Positions 35,990 to 45,396 of a stretch of 61,019 nt of DNA are shown here, piece after piece (within the stretch, counting starts at the first letter, position 1; every line of letters starts with the position of its first letter). The position numbers and the translations under genes are program-made. Source of the stretch: an uncultured virus (IMG/VR IMGVR_UViG_3300029267_002506) (Duplodnaviria > Heunggongvirae > Uroviricota > Caudoviricetes); the IMG/VR virus record IMGVR_UViG_3300029267_002506, positions 1 through 61,019 of that record, one strand, 5' to 3'. The notes under the pieces are model-generated. The model saw only the letters and a list, made by a program, of their open reading frames with translations. It made no database searches and was not told the DNA's origin.

Positions 35990-37414
35990 TCATATCTCTA
36001 CCTCTTTCTTCTGATACCAGTTCCCATCGACAGGAGTTACCTCTGCTTCTATCTCTATAGGAACACAGATCCATTTCCACGCCTTCTTCAGGTCAACGGT
36101 CATGACCTTCTTTGCTAAGGCCAAGTAGTCACCGAGTTCCTCGTCGGGCACATCTGCAACGATGCTGTCATGGATCTGTCCGACAAGCAGAGTCTTCATC
36201 CCTCGTCGTTTTATCTCCTTCTGCAGACGGATGAGACTCCATAGTAGGCAATGGAATGCTGACCCTTGTATTGGATAGTTGATGATCTCATTCCTGAGCA
36301 TGTATCCCTGACAGATAAACCCAGTCTTTGACAGTATCCATCCCCGTTCCCTATATTGTTTTACCCAGCGATTCCTCCACTGGTGATACACTCTAAATCG
36401 CCTTTCCCAAAAGTCATTCTCCACACTCTGGATATGAGCAAGAAATGACCCACGAGGGGGTCTGCCATTTTCCCCCAGCTCCCCTAGTCCACGGATGCCA
36501 TGGGACTCTAGGTGATCGTACAGACTGGTCCCATCCTCAAGGGTAAGATTTAACTCTCCTATCATACCCCACAACTCTCGCGCACGTTCTGTGTAGGTAC
36601 TCCCATAGAACTCAGGAAACACAAACCCATTCTTGCCGCAGTAGCGAATGGTCTTAGTGACTTCCTCCTGTGGTAGCAGGTACACTTCCATGGCCATGTC
36701 CCTGTGCATGTCTGTGGAGTTGTCATTGAGATATGACAACATGCGAGGATCCTTGTGATAACAGGCAGCAACACGCACTTCGATCCCACTGTAGTCTATC
36801 TCAACGAGACGATGACCTGGTCGTGCGATAAATGCTTGCCTAATGATCTTAGCTATCTTAGGATCACGCACTGGGAAATTATGGAAGTTTGGCGAGTCAG
36901 AAGAGGACCGGAACGTCTTAACCAGATGGAGGTTGAATACAGGATGGATCAGACCTCCCGTTTCCCATACCGATCCATTGAAGAACTTTGCGGGGACTAC
37001 CTCATGGTGGATGCCCTGGAGAAAGGTGTTGCGGGTCTTCTGCATCTTACGAATGGTCATGCACCGCTTGACGAATGGGTGATTGATCGTCGCAAGAGTC
37101 TTCTCATCCGTCTTGTGCTTTCCTGACGCTGTTTCTGCAGGACACTCATGCCCAAGCACGTCGAACAGAATAGTTCCTAGTTGAGTGTTAGAATCGAAAT
37201 TTGTCCTTTCCTTGTAGTAGGTTTCCCACACCTTCCCTACTGTTGAGGATCGTAATGATCCTTGCAGACGCTTTATCTTCGTATCCAACCTCTCCATTGT
37301 CCTGTCTAGATACTCGGTATCTATCCGGATGCCATTGGCCTCGACCTGAGCAAGAGCAATTGCTCCTTGATGGAGCAGGTCATATGCTTCTTCCGTATGA
37401 GGAAGATTATTCAT
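35990..37414 (-). CDS. polA: Family A DNA polymerase, polymerase domain only
   Basis: Motif A DYSGIEVR, motif B RYCGKNGFVFPEFYG, NYPIQGSA, motif C QIHDS. Confidence 0.9.
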   Translation of the reverse strand: MNNLPHTEEAYDLLHQGAIALAQVEANGIRIDTEYLDRTMERLDTKIKRLQGSLRSSTVGKVWETYYKERTNFDSNTQLGTILFDVLGHECPAETASGKHKTDEKTLATINHPFVKRCMTIRKMQKTRNTFLQGIHHEVVPAKFFNGSVWETGGLIHPVFNLHLVKTFRSSSDSPNFHNFPVRDPKIAKIIRQAFIARPGHRLVEIDYSGIEVRVAACYHKDPRMLSYLNDNSTDMHRDMAMEVYLLPQEEVTKTIRYCGKNGFVFPEFYGSTYTERARELWGMIGELNLTLEDGTSLYDHLESHGIRGLGELGENGRPPRGSFLAHIQSVENDFWERRFRVYHQWRNRWVKQYRERGWILSKTGFICQGYMLRNEIINYPIQGSAFHCLLWSLIRLQKEIKRRGMKTLLVGQIHDSIVADVPDEELGDYLALAKKVMTVDLKKAWKWICVPIEIEAEVTPVDGNWYQKKEVEI

Positions 37415-38619
37415 GCCGATCTTTCCTTTTGCTGATGGATTAAAATCTTGTATCCCAATAAGCTATCAAGTCCGTTATACATAAGGAGAGGTTCTATTGG
37501 AGCCTCTCTGATACGGTTGAAGCCATCCCTTGTTGACGATCTGAGGTAAGGCGCAATGTGACTTGAGTAGTCAGGAATTCCCAGACGGACAAACGCCTGG
37601 AACTTCAGAGAGGTTACTCCAGGACGGTTATCAAGCCTATGAGCATCAAGCATCGTATCTCTATACCAAGGCGTCACATCATGCCCAAGGATTGCATGAG
37701 TCCACCGTTGTTCGAATTTCAGGTTATGTGCCACTTTCCGTAGTCGCTTTGACTGGAGAATCTTGCTCAGCACTTTGTGGTGTCGTGGATGGAGTAGTAC
37801 GGAGAAGGTGTCCTCCCCATCGAGACAGAAGGCCACAGTCACAATCTCATGCCCTCTCCTGTCGGGCTTGACCCCAGTAGTCTCATAGTCAAAGGACAGG
37901 TACCCCTTCTTTCTTGATAAGTCCTTCAACCTCAGATATGCCTGTTTTGGTTTGTCTATCACCTCCACCTGAGCTTTCAGTCTGTCGAGTGTGTCTGTTG
38001 GCAATGAAACCTTCTTCTTCAGCACTGCTTCGGATAGATGGTCGACCATTATTTTCCTAAGTGTAGGGTCTTCCCTACCTCCATGCCTTTGACGTAACAG
38101 GTAGGATGGATGGTAGGTAGGGCAGACCCAAGCGGAGTAGGTATGAAACGGGATTTTCCACCCTACCCATCTGGATATAGCTCCTACATCCTTCTTCCAT
38201 TCATCTGCCAGCAGAGCACTCGTTGCGGTCATCCCTAAGGGAATGATCACATTGGGTTTCAGGTCATCGATTGTCCGGAGCAGGTTTGGTCTACAGTATC
38301 CTAATACCTTTGGAGACAGCTTGTTCTTAGGAGGATGACAGATGACTGCGTTTGTCACGGAACATTCGTCCATGTCTATAGGGATCTCGGAGAGGAGATC
38401 TCGCAGGAGTTGTCCTGATGGCCCTACAAATGGACATCCTTGCTTGTCCTCTTCCTCCCCTGGAGCCTCTCCAATGAACAGTATCTTCTTCTCCCCTGTT
38501 CCCGATGGTTCCATTCGTGGAGAGAAGCATCCTTTGTGGAGACCGCATTTACCACAGAGGGGAAGCAGGGAATGGAGGACCTCCCCTCCTTCTAACTCTT
38601 CGATGCTAAAGAATCCCAT
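37411..38619 (-). CDS. Family 4 uracil-DNA glycosylase fused to 3'-5' proofreading exonuclease
   Basis: CGKCGL, GEAPG, TNAV.C.P and YHPSY (UDG); FDYETTG, HNLKFE, DTML and YNGLDS (ExoI-III). Confidence 0.85.
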   Translation of the reverse strand: MGFFSIEELEGGEVLHSLLPLCGKCGLHKGCFSPRMEPSGTGEKKILFIGEAPGEEEDKQGCPFVGPSGQLLRDLLSEIPIDMDECSVTNAVICHPPKNKLSPKVLGYCRPNLLRTIDDLKPNVIIPLGMTATSALLADEWKKDVGAISRWVGWKIPFHTYSAWVCPTYHPSYLLRQRHGGREDPTLRKIMVDHLSEAVLKKKVSLPTDTLDRLKAQVEVIDKPKQAYLRLKDLSRKKGYLSFDYETTGVKPDRRGHEIVTVAFCLDGEDTFSVLLHPRHHKVLSKILQSKRLRKVAHNLKFEQRWTHAILGHDVTPWYRDTMLDAHRLDNRPGVTSLKFQAFVRLGIPDYSSHIAPYLRSSTRDGFNRIREAPIEPLLMYNGLDSLLGYKILIHQQKERSA

Positions 38620-39635
38620 CAGCTTTTCTCCAGGTTCACTACGAACTCGGTATCCTCATCGGTGATCTTCATCTTCATCCCACCTATCTCCACTTGATGT
38701 GATCGGGAGAGGATGTCGTGTAGAAGATCCGAGTTCGTTGTGAAGGCAATTTTCTCTCCCGAGTATTTGACCTTCTCTCTCTCCTGATACCAGCCTCCCT
38801 CCTTCTCCGTTTTCACAACGATCATGCCCTTCCTTATTGTGATGTGGGCTTCCCTCGACAGAATTCCAGATGCACTTTGTTCCTCCATGACGGAGGCACG
38901 TTCAAGGACGTCCTTCAATGTCTCAGGAAGCTTGATCTTTTCTCCCCGCACGTCAAGGATCCTGTCCATCGTTTCCGCGTCGAAGTAGTCGAGCAGAGCA
39001 CAGCAGACGGAAAGGAATGTATTGTCCTCTGTCTCTGCGTGGAACCACCCCTCCTGGATTGAAGCTTTTGTGAGGTTCGTTCTGCCTATGTTCTCCAGCG
39101 GAGACGCAGGTATAAGCACCTCTCCCTGCAGACCAGTGTCTACACGGGCCCTGTATAGTCTGTTCCCGTCGGTTGCTTCTACAAGGGAAGGCGTGATATG
39201 TACGTGGGTCGTCCGTGGATTGGAATGGTCGTGAGAACAAATCCGTGACGCCTGAACCAGGTGTCTGGTGAGTTCCTCGGAGACGCGATGCATCTTACCC
39301 GGAGTAGGTACGTCGGTGAAGGGAAGCACAATCTCTTGGGCGACAGTGATCCCTGCTCGTTTGTTCTTCCCCTTGATGATGAGTTCGCTCCCTTGGACTG
39401 ACAGGTCGATTTCCTCATCGGGAACCCCTTGCAAAACCTTACGAAAGTCCTCGCCCGGAACCGCAGCCTCGAACCCAACATCGAATTCGAGCGAGGCCAT
39501 GGTCTCCCCATCGAATGTGATCATCATTCCATCCTGAAAGATGAAGCAATTCGATTGCTCCAATGTCTCAGTCTTTACGATCCCATAGTCTCCTCGGCGA
39601 AGCACCTCGAGCAGGTCATTCCTATTCATCCTCAT
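38619..39635 (-). CDS. Sliding clamp (DnaN/beta-like)
   Basis: 338 aa; VEATDGNRL; three-domain alpha/beta pattern; next to polymerase and clamp loader genes. Confidence 0.7.
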   Translation of the reverse strand: MRMNRNDLLEVLRRGDYGIVKTETLEQSNCFIFQDGMMITFDGETMASLEFDVGFEAAVPGEDFRKVLQGVPDEEIDLSVQGSELIIKGKNKRAGITVAQEIVLPFTDVPTPGKMHRVSEELTRHLVQASRICSHDHSNPRTTHVHITPSLVEATDGNRLYRARVDTGLQGEVLIPASPLENIGRTNLTKASIQEGWFHAETEDNTFLSVCCALLDYFDAETMDRILDVRGEKIKLPETLKDVLERASVMEEQSASGILSREAHITIRKGMIVVKTEKEGGWYQEREKVKYSGEKIAFTTNSDLLHDILSRSHQVEIGGMKMKITDEDTEFVVNLEKS

Positions 39636-39789
39636 GCTTACTCCTTTCGATTTCCCGTCTCCTCTTCTTGCTCAGTACACGCAGATTCCTGTGGGAGAAC
39701 CTGAACCTAGAGAACAGTACATGCTCATAAAGCCTCTTGTTCTTCATGTATCGAACGTTGTTCGATATTCCTGCTAGGTAGATGATCAC
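39622..39789 (-). CDS. 55-aa protein resembling the missing N-terminal strands of DpdA
   Basis: GTGA overlap with the dpdA stop; begins MIIYLAG...HVLFS. Confidence 0.45.
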   Translation of the reverse strand: MIIYLAGISNNVRYMKNKRLYEHVLFSRFRFSHRNLRVLSKKRRREIERSKHEDE

Positions 39790-40766
39790 TTGAACAGTCC
39801 TTTCCCGCTGCCTGGCTTCACCGTCCTGAATATGCTCCAAGGCCATTCAGGAATGATCTTCTCCAGCTCCTTGTATAGGATGATGTTCACGTCTTTCCTA
39901 TAGTGCAATGTGTTCGTAACCCCATGCTCCAAGATGACTTCTACTTCCTCTCCCTTTTTGTGCCAAAGCTCTTTTCGCCTTCTCAGTTTATAGTCTGGTC
40001 CCACCTTCTTGATCTCACTCCTGCCTAGTGGGACGTCAATACTCTCGAGGAAACGGATGATGTATTTTCTTATATGGGTTGGCATGTAGAACAGGTGTTC
40101 CTCTTTCCTCTTTGTCTTTCCTTGCAATGCTTTATAGGTCACCGATACCTGCATGGGACGCTTCCAGTCTGGCTTCCCTTTCTTTGGGAAAGGAACAAAG
40201 ATCCTGCCGAAGCGTGAGGTATCTATCCATGTCTTACTGTCGACGCTGTACCATGGATACCTGTACATGATATCGAAAGACGTCATTGCGAACCCATGGA
40301 CCTTCACTCTAGGCATGCCGTCCTTATCTGTCAGCTCATCTTGCCACAACCTGTCTAACGCAGGAATGAGAACAGATGCTCTAGTCGGATGCATCCCTCC
40401 TATGCAGATGTAGTCGTATCCCTCATCGATGTAGCGTCGTAGCCATTTGACGTCTCCTCCGCCGAAGTGCCAAACGGGTAGAGGATGTACTCCCTGAGCT
40501 TCTAGCCACTTCTGATTCTCGTAGGTCAGCTCAGGGTTGTTGATAACGTCTAGGTTGGAATAGCCTGCTACTACCTCCTCATGTTGCTTAATCCAATCCA
40601 CATATCCTTGTCGATAGAGTTTGTACTCCTCCGTCTCTACGTAGGAGAAGTCGTCCCACTTCCTGTTCTTCATACTAGACCCCATAACCGTATCCCCTTG
40701 GCGTACTTTCGAGAATCGGTTGTATAGGGATGGTGCTCCACAGTCAAAGAAGATCTTCACCGACAT
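39786..40766 (-). CDS. dpdA: DpdA, TGT-like DNA 7-deazaguanine transglycosylase
   Basis: FFDCGAPS, NLDVI, PVWH, CIGG, KVHGFA and PWYSVDSKTW motifs; clustered with folE, queD and queE. Confidence 0.85.
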   Translation of the reverse strand: MSVKIFFDCGAPSLYNRFSKVRQGDTVMGSSMKNRKWDDFSYVETEEYKLYRQGYVDWIKQHEEVVAGYSNLDVINNPELTYENQKWLEAQGVHPLPVWHFGGGDVKWLRRYIDEGYDYICIGGMHPTRASVLIPALDRLWQDELTDKDGMPRVKVHGFAMTSFDIMYRYPWYSVDSKTWIDTSRFGRIFVPFPKKGKPDWKRPMQVSVTYKALQGKTKRKEEHLFYMPTHIRKYIIRFLESIDVPLGRSEIKKVGPDYKLRRRKELWHKKGEEVEVILEHGVTNTLHYRKDVNIILYKELEKIIPEWPWSIFRTVKPGSGKGLFK

Positions 40767-41784
40767 AGCTTCTCATCTCCTTTTCTATGTTTGAGATTGC
40801 GTATCTTCCTTTCTCTCGCAGTTGGTTTCTCGTCTGTTGTGCTGCATCGGTGATGAGTGGATCAGGCAGTCCCAGGATCTTCAGCTTCAGTTCTTCCATA
40901 GTGCTGTATCGCAATCCTGGGTGGTACATCTCTTGATAGGAAAGTCTATCAGGTACGAAAGGGATACATCCTGCAAACAAGCTCTCCTGCATAGCGATAC
41001 CCCAGGTCTCCTGCTTAGCAAAGGATACAGAGATACCAGCCTTACGAAGGAGGGCATAATACTCTTTCTTGCTTGACGTGACCTCCTTCGAACAGACCAC
41101 CTCGTAACCTCCACCAAGCATCCTCCGCAGCTCCGCGACCTTCTCCGGTTGCTTCTCTGGATCCATCCTGTGAGGAAAGACGATGAGGTGAGGATCCTTT
41201 ACTTGGTCGGCTCCTTCCTCAGGGAAGATTGGGAAGCCCGTTACCTTGATCTTATCTATCAGGCCCAGGTGGTCTTGTGTTAGTACTTGGCCAATGTGAG
41301 AGTTGAGGATTAGGTCCTTGTGGAATTTGGTTGCTACGAACACCCTATCCGCCACATCGAACAAGGACTGCTCCATCTTCCCTGCCCAAGACACTACCCC
41401 TTTCTGTGATAGGAAGTCCGCTGGGTCCCAGCAACCAGCATGGAGACATCCGGCGATCTTGAATTTAAGACCAGCACAGGAACGGATGTAGCCTAGGTGG
41501 AACACCGCTGGAGACCAGAGGTCATGAAACAGAATCCAATCATCATCCTCCTCCCCAAACTCTGAAGAATACATCCGTCCAATGAGGTCCGCCATCTGAG
41601 TCGCCTTGAACCAACAGGTTCCATAGACATCGAGGAAGGATCCAACCTCTATCCGTTTTGTCAGTGTAGGAACATCGACAAACGAGGTCTCGCTCGTCGG
41701 AGGCCAGAACCAACTAAACCACTCCCTCCACTGAGCAGAGTATCGTTCCTCCAATGGCTCGATGGGCATTTGGATGACTCTCAT
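40744..41784 (-). CDS. GT-B (GT4-like) glycosyltransferase
   Basis: FPHRMDPEKQPE and QETWGIAMQESLFAGCIPFVPDRLSYQEM (E-x7-E motif). Confidence 0.8.
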   Translation of the reverse strand: MRVIQMPIEPLEERYSAQWREWFSWFWPPTSETSFVDVPTLTKRIEVGSFLDVYGTCWFKATQMADLIGRMYSSEFGEEDDDWILFHDLWSPAVFHLGYIRSCAGLKFKIAGCLHAGCWDPADFLSQKGVVSWAGKMEQSLFDVADRVFVATKFHKDLILNSHIGQVLTQDHLGLIDKIKVTGFPIFPEEGADQVKDPHLIVFPHRMDPEKQPEKVAELRRMLGGGYEVVCSKEVTSSKKEYYALLRKAGISVSFAKQETWGIAMQESLFAGCIPFVPDRLSYQEMYHPGLRYSTMEELKLKILGLPDPLITDAAQQTRNQLREKGRYAISNIEKEMRSYVGEDLL

Positions 41785-43070
41785 TCGATTGCTCCTGTCT
41801 TCGCGGCGATAGCCAATGACATACAACCCTCTGCCAAAGTGGAGTAGAATTTCGTCGCTGCTGTCTGGATCTGGTGCCCTACGACAGCTTCCGAAGGCAA
41901 ACGCACCTGGTAGAGTTCATACCATCTCCAGTCCTCCTCCCTCACCCCATTCCAAGTCGTAATCTTCTGATCGAGGAAGGAATAAGGTAAGTAGGAAGGA
42001 AGGAGTCTTGTTGGTCGGGGCGTGAGCGAGATGCCTTGTGTCGGCAGGTCCTCAAACCCCTTCGTCCCATGGTACGGTTGGAAGAACTGACCCAGCCCGC
42101 CGTATGTCCCATTGCCGGCGATCCGAGGAGTCAAGGCGTCTGGATCAAGACCATACTGACGGAGGAAGTCTCCAGAAGCTCTCAGGGTCTGTATGGTTTC
42201 ACCAGGAAAGAATGTAATGCAAAGCCACAGGATAGGAACCTCACACACCTCATATAACCGAGCAGCGCGGTTAGGTCCTGGTTTGCCCATCTGTTTTGAG
42301 AGCATAGGATCTGCTGTCTCTAGTCCGACCTCGAGGAGCTTGAACCCCGCCTGCTTTAGGATCTCACTCCCATATTTCCTGATGAAAGCCAACAAGGTCA
42401 TCCTCTCTGCAAGGACTACCAGGTTCCAATCGTAGTTGAGTTCAAGAAGGATGTCGCAGATGGCTTTTGCTCTTTCGATGTCGAAGAAGAAGTCCTCGTC
42501 ACCAAAGTGAAGATTGGGCTCTCCGTGCTCTCCCATCCAGATCAGATTCTCCCTGACCGTTTCTAAGTCCAGGACAATCCGTTTGTGTTGGTTCACTGTT
42601 GCAGGACAGAATGCACAACCCTTTGGGCACCCATGACTGGTAAAGAATGGCCAAAGGCGGTTGCCCTCCTTGACCAGATTCGATAGGTGCATATCGGAGT
42701 CCGAGTACAGGATTGTCTTGTACTTATGCTGACGCTTTACGAATGCACCGAACCCAGCCTTCAACAGATCATCGGAAGGCCGGAACAGTGGGAATCCCAT
42801 GGCGGTGATCAAGGGATTGTAACCAAACACCCTCGCCTTTCCCTTCGGTAAGAATTGAAGCATCGCCGCGACGTGTTCGATCTGAGGGTAGCTCCACAAA
42901 GCAATCAGGTACTCCTCCGCCTGTGGAAGCTTGTCTAGTTCAGCTGCACCGAACTCCTCAATCAGAAATGAGTCCTCGATTGCTGCTTCCAAGACAAACG
43001 GGAAGTAACAAAACCCTCCCCTGTTGAACTGTGAACTCACTGGGTCGATGATACAAGTCTTAACCTTCAT
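41781..43070 (-). CDS. Radical SAM enzyme resembling B12-dependent (class B) methylases
   Basis: TSHGCPKGCAFC, HFGDEDF, AGFKLLEVGLET and FPGET; N-terminal domain starting CIIDP. Confidence 0.8.
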   Translation of the reverse strand: MKVKTCIIDPVSSQFNRGGFCYFPFVLEAAIEDSFLIEEFGAAELDKLPQAEEYLIALWSYPQIEHVAAMLQFLPKGKARVFGYNPLITAMGFPLFRPSDDLLKAGFGAFVKRQHKYKTILYSDSDMHLSNLVKEGNRLWPFFTSHGCPKGCAFCPATVNQHKRIVLDLETVRENLIWMGEHGEPNLHFGDEDFFFDIERAKAICDILLELNYDWNLVVLAERMTLLAFIRKYGSEILKQAGFKLLEVGLETADPMLSKQMGKPGPNRAARLYEVCEVPILWLCITFFPGETIQTLRASGDFLRQYGLDPDALTPRIAGNGTYGGLGQFFQPYHGTKGFEDLPTQGISLTPRPTRLLPSYLPYSFLDQKITTWNGVREEDWRWYELYQVRLPSEAVVGHQIQTAATKFYSTLAEGCMSLAIAAKTGAIE

Positions 43071-43401
43071 TCCGCTGTAGTCTTGCTCCATTTTCTCCAT
43101 CCTCCCATACTTCGCACCAGGTTGCGTAAGGTGTTGCCTTCAGGATATCCTCCGCGAACATCTCACAGCTCATAGAGAACGCCTCGCCTTTCCCTTCCCA
43201 TTTCTGTACTATCTTCTTCAATCGTTCCTGTTCGATGAAGAACTCTCGGTCCCTGTCGTTATGGTCAACTGGGATGCCTATCTTGACGTAGAAGACATGG
43301 CGGTGAGGATGTCTTAACCAAGCTACCTCGATCGGCGCGTCAGCCCATTGGTGTAGGGCGACGAATTGTGTCTGAACCATGATCTCTTTTCTGAAGGACA
43401 T
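43060..43401 (-). CDS. dpdL: QueD-like T-fold protein, DpdL type (predicted CDG decarboxylase)
   Basis: LRHPHRHVF fits the LxxxHRHxF signature I recall for DpdL; also DREF, SCEM and EDGENGA. Confidence 0.7.
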   Translation of the reverse strand: MSFRKEIMVQTQFVALHQWADAPIEVAWLRHPHRHVFYVKIGIPVDHNDRDREFFIEQERLKKIVQKWEGKGEAFSMSCEMFAEDILKATPYATWCEVWEDGENGARLQRNEG

Positions 43402-43409
43402 ACCACCTC

Positions 43410-44360
43410 CTAATCTATGAGTGAGAACAGCTCGCTTCGTGTTGTTGCATCCTCTTTGAAGGCACCGACGAGGCTGGAGGTTACCATTTTACTCTCCTGT
43501 TTCTCCACACCTCGAGAGGTCATGCAGAAGTGTTTCGCTTCCAATACGCAAGCAGCTCCACGAGGCTGTAGACAATCCATGATCGCCCCTGTGATCTGTT
43601 GGCACAATCTCTCCTGGATCTGAAGTCTGCGACTGTACACTTCTAATATCCTCGCAAGCTTAGATATCCCAACAACCTTTCCATTCGGCAGGTATGCTAT
43701 GTGAGCCTTCCCGAAGAAGGGAAGCATATGGTGCTCGCAAGTGGAGTAGAACTCGACGTCCTTTAACAAGACCATCTCATCGCTACTGTCATCCTCAAAG
43801 ACCTTGAGCACGTCCTCCGCCTTCTGATGGTATCCTCCGTAGAGCTGGTCCCAGGATCGGACGACACGTTCAGGCGTCTCGAGTAGTCCTTCTCGGTTTG
43901 GATCTTCCCCTATGTATTGGAGGACTCTCCTGATGTTCTCGGTAGGGCCGATTTCTCCTTGGTCAATTTCCCAAGGAAAAACCAGCCATTCCCACCCTTT
44001 CTCATCTAGTTCCTTCCGAGAATAGAGAGCCACAACAGGCTTGCCATATCTACTATTGTAGTATTCGGCCGTTTTCCCTGTGTCAATAATATCATCTACT
44101 AGCAGATCAGCAGATTCTGGAGAAGACACGAGCACCATTCTTTTCTCATAACACGCCTTCCAAAGCAATGCAACATACGTTCCTCCTCTTGGAATGCCCC
44201 AGATTCGAATAGGGGGACTGTCTGTCTCAGGATGAAAATCAGGATGAGTCTTCATCAGCCATCTGTATCGTTCTTTAACCCTCTCAAACAACTCTCCCCA
44301 TGAGAGCATCTTCCTTATCTGATCCCGATTATCTTCTGGGTTTGCAGGGATAGTTTCCAT
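43410..44360 (-). CDS. folE: Purine phosphoribosyltransferase-like domain fused to GTP cyclohydrolase I
   Basis: GIPRGG, LVDDIIDTGKT and WLVFPWE (Gpt-like); then REGLLETPERV, CEHHMLPF, GISKLAR, QERL and HFCM (FolE). Confidence 0.9.
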   Translation of the reverse strand: METIPANPEDNRDQIRKMLSWGELFERVKERYRWLMKTHPDFHPETDSPPIRIWGIPRGGTYVALLWKACYEKRMVLVSSPESADLLVDDIIDTGKTAEYYNSRYGKPVVALYSRKELDEKGWEWLVFPWEIDQGEIGPTENIRRVLQYIGEDPNREGLLETPERVVRSWDQLYGGYHQKAEDVLKVFEDDSSDEMVLLKDVEFYSTCEHHMLPFFGKAHIAYLPNGKVVGISKLARILEVYSRRLQIQERLCQQITGAIMDCLQPRGAACVLEAKHFCMTSRGVEKQESKMVTSSLVGAFKEDATTRSELFSLID

Positions 44361-45010
44361 ATTGGGTTCTCCTTTACGAATTGGACGGCTGGCTCGGTAT
44401 CTCCAGAACAAGGCTGGATGTAATAACGGAGGAACCGGTCGCCCAGTTGTAATGGCAAGGTCTTTAGTCGTTCCTGATCTACTTTTGGACTGAGGACTAC
44501 CTTTAATTCATCCCCTTCCCACTCAGGATCTTCAAAGTACGGTTCGCAATTTTCTACATCAATCTTTGGAGAAACAGTTACCCACAAGATTCCTTGGAGA
44601 CGAAGGTATTGCATATCCGGACTATCGCAGATCCGTCCATTCGTTTCTATGCAAACAGAATTGCCGTATCGGTGGTGGAGAAGAAGAGCCAGGCCAAACC
44701 AATCTTGGAGAGTCGGTTCTCCTCCCGTGATAACAAAAAGAGGGGCACGGGCTTCTTCAGTGACATTCTCCTCCAGAAGCTCATCAACAGTTTCGAACAA
44801 CCCCTCCTTTGTCAATCGTGCTTGGAACCGGTGATCGGTATCGCACCAAGGACATTGGAGATTACATCCAGATAAGCGAATGAAAATGGCAGGCCAACCA
44901 GTGAAGTAGCCTTCTCCTTGTAGTGAGTAGAAGACCTCATTGACATGAAAGGTTGGGTTTCTTTGTTCTGGTGGAATATATTCATGGTTGTATGTCAGGG
45001 AGTAAACCAT
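44315..45010 (-). CDS. queE: 7-carboxy-7-deazaguanine synthase
   Basis: FYSLQGEG, FIRLSGCNLQCPWCDT, TGGEP, IETNG, VSPK and LSLQTQK motifs. Confidence 0.92.
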   Translation of the reverse strand: MVYSLTYNHEYIPPEQRNPTFHVNEVFYSLQGEGYFTGWPAIFIRLSGCNLQCPWCDTDHRFQARLTKEGLFETVDELLEENVTEEARAPLFVITGGEPTLQDWFGLALLLHHRYGNSVCIETNGRICDSPDMQYLRLQGILWVTVSPKIDVENCEPYFEDPEWEGDELKVVLSPKVDQERLKTLPLQLGDRFLRYYIQPCSGDTEPAVQFVKENPIWKLSLQTQKIIGIR

Positions 45011-45372
45011 ACGATGTTCCCTTCTGACTCTTGTACGGAGACCCTTGTTACTTTAGGAGGACCAGGAGGAACCTCCGATCCAAGCCACGCAGATATAATG
45101 ACGGACTGAACTGCTCCATGAACCCATTTGGCAATTTTCTCCGCTGTAGGATTGCCCGGCAAAACATCGTTTAGATTCTCATGGTCCATAACTTTGATCA
45201 CATCCTTAATACGAGAGAAGTCAATCAGCATATCGTTCTGATCTAAAACTTCTCCTTCTACCTCCACTGTGATAATCCAGTTATGGCCATGGAGGTTTTG
45301 ACATGGAGAGTCGTAGTCCAATTCAAGACGGTGACTTCCTGCGATCTCGACCCTTTTGCTTAGATGGTACAT
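44995..45372 (-). CDS. queD: 6-carboxytetrahydropterin synthase
   Basis: SHRL, CQNLHGHNW, DHENLN, NPTAE and VQES motifs. Confidence 0.92.
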   Translation of the reverse strand: MYHLSKRVEIAGSHRLELDYDSPCQNLHGHNWIITVEVEGEVLDQNDMLIDFSRIKDVIKVMDHENLNDVLPGNPTAEKIAKWVHGAVQSVIISAWLGSEVPPGPPKVTRVSVQESEGNIVWFTP

Positions 45373-45396
45373 TTCAGGATCTCCTTTCCATAGACA

